Source: Nitrospirae bacterium UBA2233 (GTDB lineage: Bacteria > UBA2233). From it: a stretch of 64,000 nucleotides of DNA. The stretch's first letter is position 1; each line of letters begins with the position of its first letter. This document shows, piece after piece, positions 47,270 to 56,929 of this stretch. The position numbers and the translations under genes were made by a program. The notes under the pieces were generated by a model, which searched no databases, had not been told where the DNA came from, and was given only the letters and a program-made list of their open reading frames with translations. The stretch is taken from positions 18,674 to 82,673 of the forward strand of contig DDYN01000013.1 in assembly GCA_002347965.1 (NCBI GenBank). Reading direction: 5' to 3'.

Positions 47270-49378
47270 TCATGAAGGCTTTCTTGTCGGTAAGTAGACC
47301 TCGATGGTTGCCCCTCCCCAATCATTCGCGTGCAATCGAATCTCCCCGCCGTGGGCCTCGACGATACCCCTGACCAGCCCGAGGCCAATTCCTGAGCCTT
47401 GAGCCTTCGTCGAGAACGATAGATCCCCCAAGACGGGCAACGCCTTCTTCGGGATCCCCTTGCCAGAATCCTCGACAAACAGGCTTATCCCGCCTGAAGG
47501 CTCGTAGCGGCTCCGAAGGCGCAAGATTTTGGAGGAGGCAGCGGCCTCTTCCATCGCCTCAAGGCCGTTCTTGATCAGGTTCACGAGTGCCCGGCGGACA
47601 TAATCGGGGTCAAGCGATGAGCTCGGAACACGGGGATCAAGCTCGAGCTTCCATCGAACATCCGGAAACACCGTGCGGTAGCTCTGGACAAGCCCCGTGA
47701 GCAACTCGTTCACGTCGGTCATCGCAAGCCTTAAGCTTGGAAGCCTTGCATAAGCGCTAAAGTTGTCGACGAGTAGCGTGAGCTCTCCTACCTCCCTCAC
47801 GATAATCCCCGTACATTCCTTAAGGACTTCGCGCTCCTTTGCCGTGCGAGGCTTCAAGGCTTTCGAAAGCCTCTCTGCACTCAGCCTTATGGGCGTCAAA
47901 GGGTTTTTGATCTCGTGGGCGACGTGTCTTGCCGCCTGTTGCCACACCTGCGTCTTTTGAGCCAGCACGAGCTCTGTCTGGTCTTCTACGACAACCAGAA
48001 AAAGCCCCCCTTCGGAGCGGTCTTTTGGCCGGATGGCCGAAATAAACCATACGAGATACCTGTTATTACCCCGGACATCCTTTACCTCTAACGGCAAGGT
48101 AAGGCTGGAACCTTTGGCATGGTTCATTCGTCTGAGCAGCTCATGTCCCTTGAGAACGAACCAGGCCTCGAGCACCCTCCAGTAGGCCATGCCCGCGTAC
48201 ACGGAATTACCGTTTTTCAGGAAAGCCTTTGCGGGTTCATTGATCGAAATAAGCCTACCCCTGAGGTCGATTCCGATGACTGCGGCCGTTATATGATTGA
48301 GCAATCCCTCGAGGTACCGATTCTTTCCCCAGAGTTCATCCTGAACCTTTTTTAACTCTCCCATCATCTGGTTGAACGCCTCGACCAAGGCAGAAAACTC
48401 CCCGTTGTCCTCTACATCGAGCGCATTCTCGTATTTACCGATCCGCACGGACGCAATGGCTTCGGACAGCCGCCTTAGAGGCACCAGAAGTGCGTTGGCA
48501 AACTTGAAGGCGCCCCATGTCGCCACAAATAGCACGCAAAAAAAGATATTCGTGAACAAAAGAATATAGAGCGCCTTAATAGGGCTTTTGAGAACATCGG
48601 CCTTTTGGTAGGCGGCCTGAAGTTGCTCAAGCTGCCCTTTCCCTGCTTTCCACGCATCCGGAACCCGAAAGCGGACGACCCAAGGAGGCTCTACCCATAC
48701 CCAGTCTGGCACATCCCTAGAAACTCTCTCTTGTGGAACGGGGAATGCGCCATCTGCCACGGACCCCGTTAGTCGCTCTACACTGACGCCTCCCCCAAGA
48801 ACCCCCTCCAGCTGTTTTTCGAGCGCTTGGGGTGTCAAAGCCCGCCGTTCCGAAAGGAGGACCTCGAGTACGCCGCCTATTTCTTTGTAGCGGGCATCCA
48901 TTAACTCATCTTGTAACGCTTTAACACCCTGAAACGTGGATTGCACCTGGGAACCAAACCAGCCGTTAATCACCTGGATCACGATAAAGATGCTGGGGAT
49001 GAACAAGCAAAGGGCGGGCAACAGCGAGGTAACCAGCGACACGAAGAGCATTTTCTTGACAAGCGAACTCCCCAACAGTCCGCGTCTTTGCTCGATTCCC
49101 AGCTTCGTAATGTTTCGAACAAAAAGGAAGACGACGAGCGCGAGTAAGAAAATGTTGAAATTAAGGAACAAGAAAAAAGGGAGGTTCGTAACCAAGGGAA
49201 GCTTTTCGGCGTAGCGCGTCGCCGTAAGCTGTACTGCAAGGGCGACAAGGAAGGCTACAAGAGATACTCCTCCTACGATAAGCTCAATCTTGCGCTTTTT
49301 GTGCTCATTCATCCTGGCAGGCCGCATGCGTTTCGAATATTTAGGCTTTGCGCCTACCCCCATTATGCCATAGAGCAT
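47270..49378 (-). CDS. ntrY: Sensor histidine kinase, NtrY-like (TM + HAMP + PAS + HisKA + HATPase)
   Basis: H-box HEIKNPLTPIRLSAERL. GGGAGGAG RBS 8 nt before the ATG. Confidence 0.85.
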   Translation of the reverse strand: MLYGIMGVGAKPKYSKRMRPARMNEHKKRKIELIVGGVSLVAFLVALAVQLTATRYAEKLPLVTNLPFFLFLNFNIFLLALVVFLFVRNITKLGIEQRRGLLGSSLVKKMLFVSLVTSLLPALCLFIPSIFIVIQVINGWFGSQVQSTFQGVKALQDELMDARYKEIGGVLEVLLSERRALTPQALEKQLEGVLGGGVSVERLTGSVADGAFPVPQERVSRDVPDWVWVEPPWVVRFRVPDAWKAGKGQLEQLQAAYQKADVLKSPIKALYILLFTNIFFCVLFVATWGAFKFANALLVPLRRLSEAIASVRIGKYENALDVEDNGEFSALVEAFNQMMGELKKVQDELWGKNRYLEGLLNHITAAVIGIDLRGRLISINEPAKAFLKNGNSVYAGMAYWRVLEAWFVLKGHELLRRMNHAKGSSLTLPLEVKDVRGNNRYLVWFISAIRPKDRSEGGLFLVVVEDQTELVLAQKTQVWQQAARHVAHEIKNPLTPIRLSAERLSKALKPRTAKEREVLKECTGIIVREVGELTLLVDNFSAYARLPSLRLAMTDVNELLTGLVQSYRTVFPDVRWKLELDPRVPSSSLDPDYVRRALVNLIKNGLEAMEEAAASSKILRLRSRYEPSGGISLFVEDSGKGIPKKALPVLGDLSFSTKAQGSGIGLGLVRGIVEAHGGEIRLHANDWGGATIEVYLPTRKPS

Positions 49379-49383
49379 AAAAA

Positions 49384-49420
49384 AAGGCTCCTCCCGAGTG
49401 GAAAGAGCCTTTTTATGCTC
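49384..49420 (-). terminator. Putative terminator hairpin after lpxC, overlapping the ntrY RBS region
   Basis: GGCUCUUUCC...GGGAGGAGCC imperfect inverted repeat, followed by UUUUUU on the minus strand. Confidence 0.4.
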
Positions 49421-49432
49421 GGACGTTTGACG

Positions 49433-50350
49433 CTAGCTCATTGCGGCGACCAGAAGCGGGCTATCGGCCGAGGCGCGGGGATGATCCAGGTCTTGGATGA
49501 CGAAGGCGCCTTGGATGTCGCGAAGACGCTCGATCGCCATGACGTTCAGGGCATGGCCAGGTTTAAACGCCACGTATCGGCCAACGAGCGGATAACCGAC
49601 GAGCGATAGGTCTCCTACGATATCGAGCGCCTTGTGACGAACGAACTCGTCCGGGAAGCGTAGTCCTTCAGGGTTCAGAACGCCAGCGTCCGCATCCAAC
49701 ACGACGGCATTTTCAAGGCTTGCGCCCTTAATGAGCCCCTTGGAGCGCATCGCTTCGACGTCCTCAAGGAAACCAAACGTTCTTGCAGGAGCAAGCACCT
49801 GCCTGTAAGTCCCCGGGGTTACGTCAACCTCGAGCGATTGCCTCCCGATTGTTGAACGGGCAAAGTCAACCTCCACCTCAATTCGAAGCGTCCTTGGGTC
49901 GCCATCCCCCCTTGGCCATAAACTCACACGGCGATCTCCTAGCGTGACAACGACCGGCTTCAACACCACGGCCACCTGCTTTCTGGCAGGCTGCCGAACC
50001 AGTCCGGCACGCTCGAGTACCTCAAAAAAAGGAAGGGCGCTTCCGTCGAGAATGGGGATTTCCGGCCCTTGAACGCGAACAACGACGTTCGTCAGGCCGA
50101 TTCCAAAGATGGCCGACAGGAGATGTTCTACTGTCTTTATTTCTTTCTTGCCCTTGGCAATTCCCACGCACAGCTCCGTGCTTCGTACCGTGGCCTCCCT
50201 CAGCGCAAAGCGCTCGGAACCCAGGGCAAAGGTGATCCCGCTTCTAGGTGGAGCAGGCTCCAGGCTGACGGCCACGCATGCTCCCGTATGCAGACCTATC
50301 CCCTTGATCGTTACCGGCCTTTTGAGTGTCGTTTCGCTCGCGTATGCCAC
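49433..50350 (-). CDS. lpxC: UDP-3-O-acyl-N-acetylglucosamine deacetylase
   Basis: KGIGLHTG N-terminus and LpxC fold motifs. GTG at 50350 with a GGAGGAA RBS. Confidence 0.85.
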   Translation of the reverse strand: MAYASETTLKRPVTIKGIGLHTGACVAVSLEPAPPRSGITFALGSERFALREATVRSTELCVGIAKGKKEIKTVEHLLSAIFGIGLTNVVVRVQGPEIPILDGSALPFFEVLERAGLVRQPARKQVAVVLKPVVVTLGDRRVSLWPRGDGDPRTLRIEVEVDFARSTIGRQSLEVDVTPGTYRQVLAPARTFGFLEDVEAMRSKGLIKGASLENAVVLDADAGVLNPEGLRFPDEFVRHKALDIVGDLSLVGYPLVGRYVAFKPGHALNVMAIERLRDIQGAFVIQDLDHPRASADSPLLVAAMS

Positions 50351-50533
50351 ATCTTCCTCCGTGTAGTGTTTCTCCGCGCATTCAAGCGGCCAGTAAGGCT
50401 CAACAAACGAGTTGATTAGCAATTGTCATGCCATTAAGAATGGGCCGCACGAACAAGGTCTTACAGAAAGCCGCGGGTCGAAGCATGACATTTAGTTCAC
50501 GCAAAAGCGTGACCAATACATCACGCGGGGCGT

Positions 50534-50746
50534 CTACCTCAGGAAGATGTTTATTATGATCGTGAGGACAAGGCTAAGAATCAGGCAAGAGGCAAGCGGA
50601 AGGAATACGTGAACGTTTTTAAATTGGAAGTGAATGTCCCCTGGAAGCTTCCCAAAAAGCGGGATATGGGCGAACGCGAGCAACAGAAAGCCTACCAGAA
50701 CAACACAAACCCCTAGCGCGATCAGCAGCCTTGCAAAAAACTGCAA
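50534..50746 (-). CDS. DUF2905-like small membrane protein (70 aa)
   Basis: Two TM helices and a GKLPGDIHF motif characteristic of the family. Confidence 0.6.
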   Translation of the reverse strand: MQFFARLLIALGVCVVLVGFLLLAFAHIPLFGKLPGDIHFQFKNVHVFLPLASCLILSLVLTIIINIFLR

Positions 50747-50759
50747 CGCCGTTCACCCT

Positions 50760-51785
50760 CTACGAGTTATCGAACAGTCCCTTGCCCGTACGGGCTAAGG
50801 GCGGAGGGGTACAAGCCATGACGGCGTACCCTTTTTCGGTCACCACGCGGCCTCGCTGCGTCTTATGGATGATCCCCTCGCGCAGCAGATAGGGCTCGTA
50901 GACATCCTCGATCGTGTCCTTTTCTTCCATGATGGCCGAAGCGAGCGTTTCAATCCCGACCGGACCTCCGTGGAACTTCTCGATCATCACGGAAAGAATC
51001 TTGCGGTCCATGCTTTCTAGGCCGTTACTATCGACGCCGTTCAGGGCAAGCGCCGCTCCGACAAGCTCTTCGTCTATCAGGCCCGCCTGGAATACCTGGG
51101 CATAGTCCCGTACCCTCTTAAGGAGCGACAACCCTACCCTGGGCGTACCCTTTGAGCATCCCGAAAGCTCTTGGAGTGCACCATGGGACATTGCGACCCC
51201 CCACTGCTTGGCATAAGCGGCAAGGATTCGCCCAAGATCTTCCGGTTCGTAGAAGTCCAAGTGAAAGCCCAACGCAAACCTGCTTCGAAGGGGAGCGCTT
51301 AGAAGCCCCTGCCTTGTAGTGGCCCCTATCAGCGTAAACCGACTCAAAGGAAGCCTGACGGCCTTGGCCTTAGGGCCTTCTCCGATTATCACGTCTAACG
51401 CAAATTGCTCCATGGCGGTGTACAAGAGCTCTTCGAGGGGCTTTTTGAGCCGATGGATTTCGTCGATAAACAAAACATCGCGCTCGTTTAAGTGCGTCAG
51501 AATAGCGGCAAGCTCGCCTTGCCTTTCGATCGCCGGGCCTGAAGTCACCTTCAACGAACAAGAAAGCTCTTTGGCGATCAGCCTCGCAAGCGTCGTTTTC
51601 CCGAGTCCAGGAGGGCCGCTCAAAAGAACGTGATCAAGGCACTCCGCGCGCTCCTTGCAGGCTTGAATCGCGAGCCGAAGCGAGGCGACGGGCTGCCTTT
51701 GGCCGATGAAGCCCTCTAGGCTTTCAGGGCCAGGAACGCCGAAGGGGTCGTAGAGGCGTTGGCCAGAAGGGGCTTTATGGTCCAT
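50760..51785 (-). CDS. ruvB: Holliday junction branch migration helicase RuvB
   Basis: AAA+ GPPGLGKTTLA Walker A, sensor motifs and a C-terminal winged helix. Confidence 0.95.
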   Translation of the reverse strand: MDHKAPSGQRLYDPFGVPGPESLEGFIGQRQPVASLRLAIQACKERAECLDHVLLSGPPGLGKTTLARLIAKELSCSLKVTSGPAIERQGELAAILTHLNERDVLFIDEIHRLKKPLEELLYTAMEQFALDVIIGEGPKAKAVRLPLSRFTLIGATTRQGLLSAPLRSRFALGFHLDFYEPEDLGRILAAYAKQWGVAMSHGALQELSGCSKGTPRVGLSLLKRVRDYAQVFQAGLIDEELVGAALALNGVDSNGLESMDRKILSVMIEKFHGGPVGIETLASAIMEEKDTIEDVYEPYLLREGIIHKTQRGRVVTEKGYAVMACTPPPLARTGKGLFDNS

Positions 51786-51791
51786 CGTGGA

Positions 51792-52382
51792 TCAATGCCT
51801 TAAGTGGCGCAAGGCTCTTAGAATCCCCTCTTCAAGGGGGATGCCAGATTGATCCCCCAATGCCTCTCGGCACGCCTTCTGGGCCTCAGCGTGGGAAAAC
51901 CCGAGCCCTTTGAGCGCCACGACGACTTCATGGAGAGTTCCATCCGGCAAACCGCCGGACATGGCAAGCTCGAGCTGCCCAACCAACCCCTTTAACTCAA
52001 GGAGAATGCGTTCCGCCATCTTCCTGCCAATACCTTGCACCTCCATAAAGGCGTTAGGATCCATTGCAAGAATGGCATGAGCAGCCTGGGCGGGGGTTTT
52101 ATGCGAAAGGATGGCCAACGCAAGCTTAGGGCCTAGCCCGCTTACCTTCAGAAACAGCCGAAACATGCGTCTTTCTGGCTGCTCGAGGAAGCCGAAAAGT
52201 TGGAAGGAGTCCTCCTTCAGCACCTCGTGAACAAAGAGCCGCACCTCGCTTCCCTCCGGGGGCAAGGCGGCCAGCGTCTGCCTGCTTACCCAAAGCTCCA
52301 TCCCAACCTGCCCTTCAAAGAGAGCAAGGGTCAAGCAGTTCTCCGAGACAGCCTCTAGGCGGCCTGACAGAAAATCAATCAT
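51792..52382 (-). CDS. ruvA: Holliday junction DNA helicase RuvA
   Basis: OB-fold N-terminus, HhH pair and a C-terminal RuvB-binding domain. Confidence 0.9.
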   Translation of the reverse strand: MIDFLSGRLEAVSENCLTLALFEGQVGMELWVSRQTLAALPPEGSEVRLFVHEVLKEDSFQLFGFLEQPERRMFRLFLKVSGLGPKLALAILSHKTPAQAAHAILAMDPNAFMEVQGIGRKMAERILLELKGLVGQLELAMSGGLPDGTLHEVVVALKGLGFSHAEAQKACREALGDQSGIPLEEGILRALRHLRH

Positions 52383-52555
52383 CTAGGCTTGGCATTAGAA
52401 TAAAAAACGGCAATTAGTCCTGTTTTGGTACCAGATCACACAGGTAGCCAGGCTACCAGCTCGAAGATACCAGAGCTACGGTTATTATACCCGAACTCCA
52501 GCTTTCTCGAGTAGAGAGCGCCATAGGCCCCGTCGTTTAGCCAAAGTCCTGCGTA

Positions 52556-53473
52556 TTAATGTATGCCAAACGATTCGTAGGCGTTATAGGCTAAGGTTAG
52601 GCAAAGCGCAAGCAGGATAGATGCAACGCCTACGATGGCGTTGAGCGTGTCTGGGGCCGTCATGGCAAGGCGCATGAACACCGTAGCCAGGACGAACCCG
52701 GAGTTTCTAAAGACCACCCTGTACGTTTGGCTGTAACGTAAAGACAGCAAGACGATGAGGATGTCGCTAAAGATCAACACGGTATAAAAAGCCTCGAAAA
52801 ACGGGTAGGTATGCACCCCGGCTACGAGCCTTACCGTTTCATCTACGCAGATAAACACGAAGACCCCGAGCAGAGCCAGGCCGATTAGCTTTTTAGAGTT
52901 TATAAAGTTCTCTAGGTCCCTTGTGTTCGGTATGGTTGTCGTATGTCGTTGGAACCTGTAGAAAAACCCCAGTGCGGTAAACACGAAGAAGGCCCCTAAC
53001 GCATCCATGAACATGGGCATGATGGCGTCTGAAGCCTCCTGCCATCCTATAAAACCGTCGAATACGGTAAGTTCCTCAAACGACCGACGGAGCAGGAACA
53101 AGGAGAACACCTCGAACTGCTTACCTAGCGAGCTGGCGACAGACTTGGACAGGGAGAACACCAAGGCGATGATCTCGAAAAATAAAAGCAGCGTAAAAGC
53201 CGCGTTAACGGCGAAGAATGGGTTTGAGGGCAAATGGAGACCCAACCCTTCGGGGATGAAGCCCTGCCTGTTTAACTCGGCCATGATGAGAATGGCCATG
53301 AAGCCGAGCAAGACCAGAGTGCCGGTTACTCTTTGAGTGCCCCTTTCTTCCCAAAAGGCATTAATCTTGTCGAACAGGTTACGGCTTACATTAAGAATTG
53401 TACCCAAGCCCTCCGCTAACGCCGCTCGTTTCTTCGTTGACCCCTGGCTTAAACCTCTCCGCCCGAGTAGCAA
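52556..53473 (-). CDS. Hypothetical polytopic membrane protein (305 aa)
   Basis: Multiple hydrophobic helices and no recognised motif. It is the last gene downstream of the cytochrome cluster. Confidence 0.45.
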   Translation of the reverse strand: MLLGRRGLSQGSTKKRAALAEGLGTILNVSRNLFDKINAFWEERGTQRVTGTLVLLGFMAILIMAELNRQGFIPEGLGLHLPSNPFFAVNAAFTLLLFFEIIALVFSLSKSVASSLGKQFEVFSLFLLRRSFEELTVFDGFIGWQEASDAIMPMFMDALGAFFVFTALGFFYRFQRHTTTIPNTRDLENFINSKKLIGLALLGVFVFICVDETVRLVAGVHTYPFFEAFYTVLIFSDILIVLLSLRYSQTYRVVFRNSGFVLATVFMRLAMTAPDTLNAIVGVASILLALCLTLAYNAYESFGIH

Positions 53474-53654
53474 TCCCTTAAAATACTCTTGGAAAACTTA
53501 GCTAAATAAGAATACAACAGTTTATTTTACACGTTCTTAGTCGCGGCGGCTAAAAGCCCGATAGAAGCCCTTGGACAAAGGGACAAGAAGAAGCCTAAGG
53601 GGCATTCTTGGGGTACAGCTCCAGGGGCTTTAAGCGTGGCCGCCCTTTTTCTGC

Positions 53655-55040
53655 TCACCTAAAGCTCCTGGAGGCGTCATGGCAAAGGTAGCAATCCTGG
53701 CTGTGCTGTTTTTCTGGGGTTTGGGTGCAACCGCTTTGGAAAACGAGCGGGACCTCCCAGCTCTTTTCGTAAACCTTCGAATGAAGGACTATCCGTCCGT
53801 TTTCCTCCCTTACGTGCGGGAGCGGGTCGTTCCCGTCCGCCACGACGACCCTATCCCCTAGCCTGAGCGCAGGAAACCCCTTTCTGTAGCTCCTTATCAT
53901 CCAGAACGCCTCGTTGGCCCCCGTTTCGAGCGTTCGGAGGTCTGGCGGAGAGGACCTCGTCCCGTGGCAAGTCTTGCAACGTACGCGCTGGAGGCTTGCC
54001 TTGTTCCCCGTAAGATGGCCATCCCCCATCACTTCGGTACGCGTATGGCAATCGATGCACTCAAGCTCCACTTCGCAGCGGGCGAACTGGGCCTGGGGTA
54101 TGTAGTAGGCCTTGAAGCGGTCCGCCTTGGGGTCCGTGATGGAAGCCCTTGGGATGTCGGTCCTGTAGAAAAACTTAAGCCTTAGGGAATGTACCCCTTG
54201 GTTGTGGCAGGCGTTGCAGGCCGTGTAGGGGATGGCCGTCGTCATGCGGTGGTAAGGGGCATGGCCTGTTTCGCCCTTATTGATGGTCCTGTCTTTTCCT
54301 AAATAGCGCCCATCCGGCCTGAAGGGAACATGGCAGGCCGAACAGCCTGAAAGGTGGCGAGCCTTTGGGTTGTTTTGGTCGTAGCCCGAGTGGAGATGGC
54401 AAAACTCAAGGCAGTTTTTGACGAAGCGCGCTTTGAGAGGATGTTCCCAAGCCTTAAAAGGGGCTAGGCCGTTTCCCAATAGAGCCCGTTTTTTAAGCGG
54501 TTCGGGGGCTAGGCCAAAGGGGTCCCTTGTCTCCACGACGCCGAACCTGGCGAGCTCATCGCTTTGCCAACCCAGGGCAAAAGCCGTTTTTGATACTTCC
54601 GAGGCCTTGGTGGCCATGAGCGTCAAGGGAACGCTTATAGATGGGCTCCTTTTTGGGTTGTCCTGCCTTGTATGACAACCCTCAACCCCGCAGGTCTTTT
54701 CCTGGACCCTTAAAGAAGCCGGGTTCCTCTTCCCCAAAAGCCCCCTGTGGGCCCTTGTCTTGGAGAGCGCCAGGGCACTGCCCCCATGGCAGATGACGCA
54801 GCCGAAGGCGCTGATTGGGTGTGCCGGGCTGATCTCTTCGATCCCAGAATGGCATGTTAAACAGCGCTCTGGCTTACCCGTAAGCGTGGGCACGATCGCT
54901 TTTGGCTCGGGGCTAAAGCGCTTCCAAGGCCGCCTTGAATCCCGGATGAAAACAAGAGCGATCGCCGCCCCAAGAAAAACGATGCCAAAGAGGGCCGTAA
55001 GACTCCAGGCATCTTTTGCCCCCCTTCCCAAACCCCTCAA
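53655..55040 (-). CDS. Membrane-anchored multiheme cytochrome c (~9 heme sites)
   Basis: Seven CXXCH motifs plus one CX3CH (CLEFCH) and one CX4CH (CGVEGCH). N-terminal TM anchor. The candidate TTG start overlaps the upstream stop (TTGA). Confidence 0.75.
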   Translation of the reverse strand: MRGLGRGAKDAWSLTALFGIVFLGAAIALVFIRDSRRPWKRFSPEPKAIVPTLTGKPERCLTCHSGIEEISPAHPISAFGCVICHGGSALALSKTRAHRGLLGKRNPASLRVQEKTCGVEGCHTRQDNPKRSPSISVPLTLMATKASEVSKTAFALGWQSDELARFGVVETRDPFGLAPEPLKKRALLGNGLAPFKAWEHPLKARFVKNCLEFCHLHSGYDQNNPKARHLSGCSACHVPFRPDGRYLGKDRTINKGETGHAPYHRMTTAIPYTACNACHNQGVHSLRLKFFYRTDIPRASITDPKADRFKAYYIPQAQFARCEVELECIDCHTRTEVMGDGHLTGNKASLQRVRCKTCHGTRSSPPDLRTLETGANEAFWMIRSYRKGFPALRLGDRVVVADGNDPLPHVREENGRIVLHSKVYEKSWEVPLVFQSGCTQTPEKQHSQDCYLCHDASRSFR

Positions 55041-55399
55041 CTCCAATAAAACCAAACCCTAAAAGCGAGTGTGGCAAGAACCCAAAACGCAACTATTCCT
55101 ATTCCCAGACTTTTTGCGAGCCTATGCTTCTTTGAGGGCAAAAAGGGCAGCACCGAAAGAAGACAAACGGCGAACAACGGCAAAAAAACTCCGGCCAAAA
55201 GCGGGGTGAAGATAAGCAGAAGCCCCTGGATGGCAACGAAGATCCACGGTGCCGGGGCGATTTTTCCCCGTGATGGCTCGACGGTCAAGCCGGAAGCAAT
55301 AAGGGCCGCGGCGAGGGCCAAAAGCCCCAAGGCCAACAACAGCACGGCCCCTTCGCGCCTTAAAAGCTCCTTTCTATCGATAAGCCCCTTCACAGGCAT
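55037..55399 (-). CDS. Cytochrome b C-terminal / subunit-IV-like protein of a Rieske-cytochrome b complex
   Basis: Three TM helices and a P-x-W-[YI]-F motif (PAPWIFVAIQGLL, compare PEWYF). ATG at 55399. Confidence 0.6.
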   Translation of the reverse strand: MPVKGLIDRKELLRREGAVLLLALGLLALAAALIASGLTVEPSRGKIAPAPWIFVAIQGLLLIFTPLLAGVFLPLFAVCLLSVLPFLPSKKHRLAKSLGIGIVAFWVLATLAFRVWFYWS

Positions 55400-56043
55400 C
55401 GGCTCACTCCGCCATCCCGACGCACACGGTAAAAATGCCACGCGCACAACCCAAGCGCAAAAAAGGGCAACACCCCACAATGCAGCGTGTAGAGCCTAAG
55501 CCCAGCACTATAGCCAACAGGATCGGCACCAAAAAGGAGGGTTTGCAAGGTTTTACCCAACAGGGGCACCTCCCCCAAAAGCCCAAACGCCACCCTTGAG
55601 GCATCCATCGCCCTTTCATCGCCGATCAAAAGATAGCCGCTGAAATCAAGGAAGAACGCAAGCAAAAGAAGCCCCATGCCTATGAGCCAGTTGCCCTGCC
55701 TTGGCGGGGCAAAAGCACCCGAGGCCAGCACCCTAATAGTATGGCCAACGATCGCAACGACCATCAGCTGGCCCGATAGAAAATGCAGGCTTCTTATGAA
55801 GGACCCGTAGGCAGCGGCCTCTTCGATCGTAACGACAGAACCCATGGCCTCCTTGGGGGTTCCAGGCCGGTAAAATGGCATCAAAAGAAGCCCCGTAAGG
55901 ACCAACACCAGGAAAAACCCAAAAGACAGCCCCCCTAGACAAAGCGTAGGCCAAAGCCCTGCTACGCCCTTAGGGATCCTGGGCGGGTGAACGTGCGCAA
56001 GGAACCCTAGCGCCCCGTTTCGGCTCGACCCCAAAGCCTTCAC
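55390..56043 (-). CDS. Cytochrome b6-type (N-terminal, 4-TM) subunit
   Basis: His pairs spaced 14 and 15 residues in helices B and D, as in b6. Conserved Cys in LCLGG (the heme ci site in b6f-type complexes). GTGA overlap with the Rieske stop. Confidence 0.8.
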   Translation of the reverse strand: MKALGSSRNGALGFLAHVHPPRIPKGVAGLWPTLCLGGLSFGFFLVLVLTGLLLMPFYRPGTPKEAMGSVVTIEEAAAYGSFIRSLHFLSGQLMVVAIVGHTIRVLASGAFAPPRQGNWLIGMGLLLLAFFLDFSGYLLIGDERAMDASRVAFGLLGEVPLLGKTLQTLLFGADPVGYSAGLRLYTLHCGVLPFFALGLCAWHFYRVRRDGGVSRCL

Positions 56044-56474
56044 AGACGAAACCCAGGGTCCACCTCTGAAGCGAGTAGGGCCCGCAAGCGAGATTCGCTC
56101 ACCTTAATCAGCTTAAGGCGCTTAAGCGGCCTGGGGGCCGGCCCCTTTAGGACCTCTCCTTTTGTGCTGTAGACGCTCCCGTGACACGGGCAAGAAAACG
56201 TGGCGCTGGATGTGTCGAAACGAACAGGACAGCCCAAATGGGTGCAGCGGTTTAAAAGCGCGTAGGAACCCTTTTGGTCGCTCACAACCCAAGCAAACTC
56301 TCGCTGACCAAGGAGCGGCTCCCCGCTGGTTCGAGGGTCTTTAACGAGATCAAAGTCATCAAACTCGGGGCGCTTTCCTTCAGGAAGCGAGCCAAGGTAG
56401 CCCAAAAAGACCCTTAAAAACCCCAATCCGGGCAACACCAAAAGGGTTTTTACGATATTCCGTCTTGCAAACAT
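56040..56474 (-). CDS. Rieske [2Fe-2S] protein
   Basis: CTHLGC...CPCHGS boxes. An RR-containing N-terminal TM/Tat-like segment (FARRNIVKT). ATG at 56474 with a GAAGG RBS. Confidence 0.8.
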   Translation of the reverse strand: MFARRNIVKTLLVLPGLGFLRVFLGYLGSLPEGKRPEFDDFDLVKDPRTSGEPLLGQREFAWVVSDQKGSYALLNRCTHLGCPVRFDTSSATFSCPCHGSVYSTKGEVLKGPAPRPLKRLKLIKVSESRLRALLASEVDPGFRL

Positions 56475-56496
56475 CCGAACCTTCGGGCGTTCAAAC

Positions 56497-56535
56497 AGTT
56501 CCAGCCGGGGTAAAAAACGCCCCCGACTGGAACTG
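56497..56535 (-). other. Intercistronic stem-loop between the triheme cytochrome c and Rieske genes
   Basis: CAGTTCCAG-C-CGGGG-taaaaaacg-CCCCG-A-CTGGAACTG: a 14-bp interrupted stem with no following U-run. Confidence 0.4.
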
Positions 56536-56581
56536 TCGCACAAATAATTCAAGCCCAGAGGACTAACGCCAAGCAAAAACC

Positions 56582-56929
56582 CTACTTTGCCCCGTAGCTG
56601 GCCGCCAGCTGCTGCCAGTCGGTAGGATGGCACGAGCCGCAGTTGAACTGCAAATCGGAGTAAGGGTCTACCATGCCCTGGTGGGCCCTAGCCTCGTCGG
56701 TGGCAAACGGCTGGCCGCCGTGGCAGTAATCGCAGGCATCCAGCTGGGCATGGTCGGTGTGGTACTGGCCCACGTTGGAGATGGGCATTTGCTTTTTGAT
56801 CTCATGACAGCTCTTGCAAGAGCTCACGCTGGACCCACACTGGGCGTTGACATCGCTGTCGGGTAAGCAGCTGAATGTAACGGCGGCCGTCAGCAAGAAA
56901 GCAGGGAAAACATAGGTCGATCGTTTCAT
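56582..56929 (-). CDS. Small periplasmic triheme cytochrome c (115 aa)
   Basis: Signal peptide and three CXXCH motifs (CKSCH, CDYCH, CGSCH). AAGGAGG RBS. ATGA overlap with the upstream stop. Confidence 0.75.
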   Translation of the reverse strand: MKRSTYVFPAFLLTAAVTFSCLPDSDVNAQCGSSVSSCKSCHEIKKQMPISNVGQYHTDHAQLDACDYCHGGQPFATDEARAHQGMVDPYSDLQFNCGSCHPTDWQQLAASYGAK

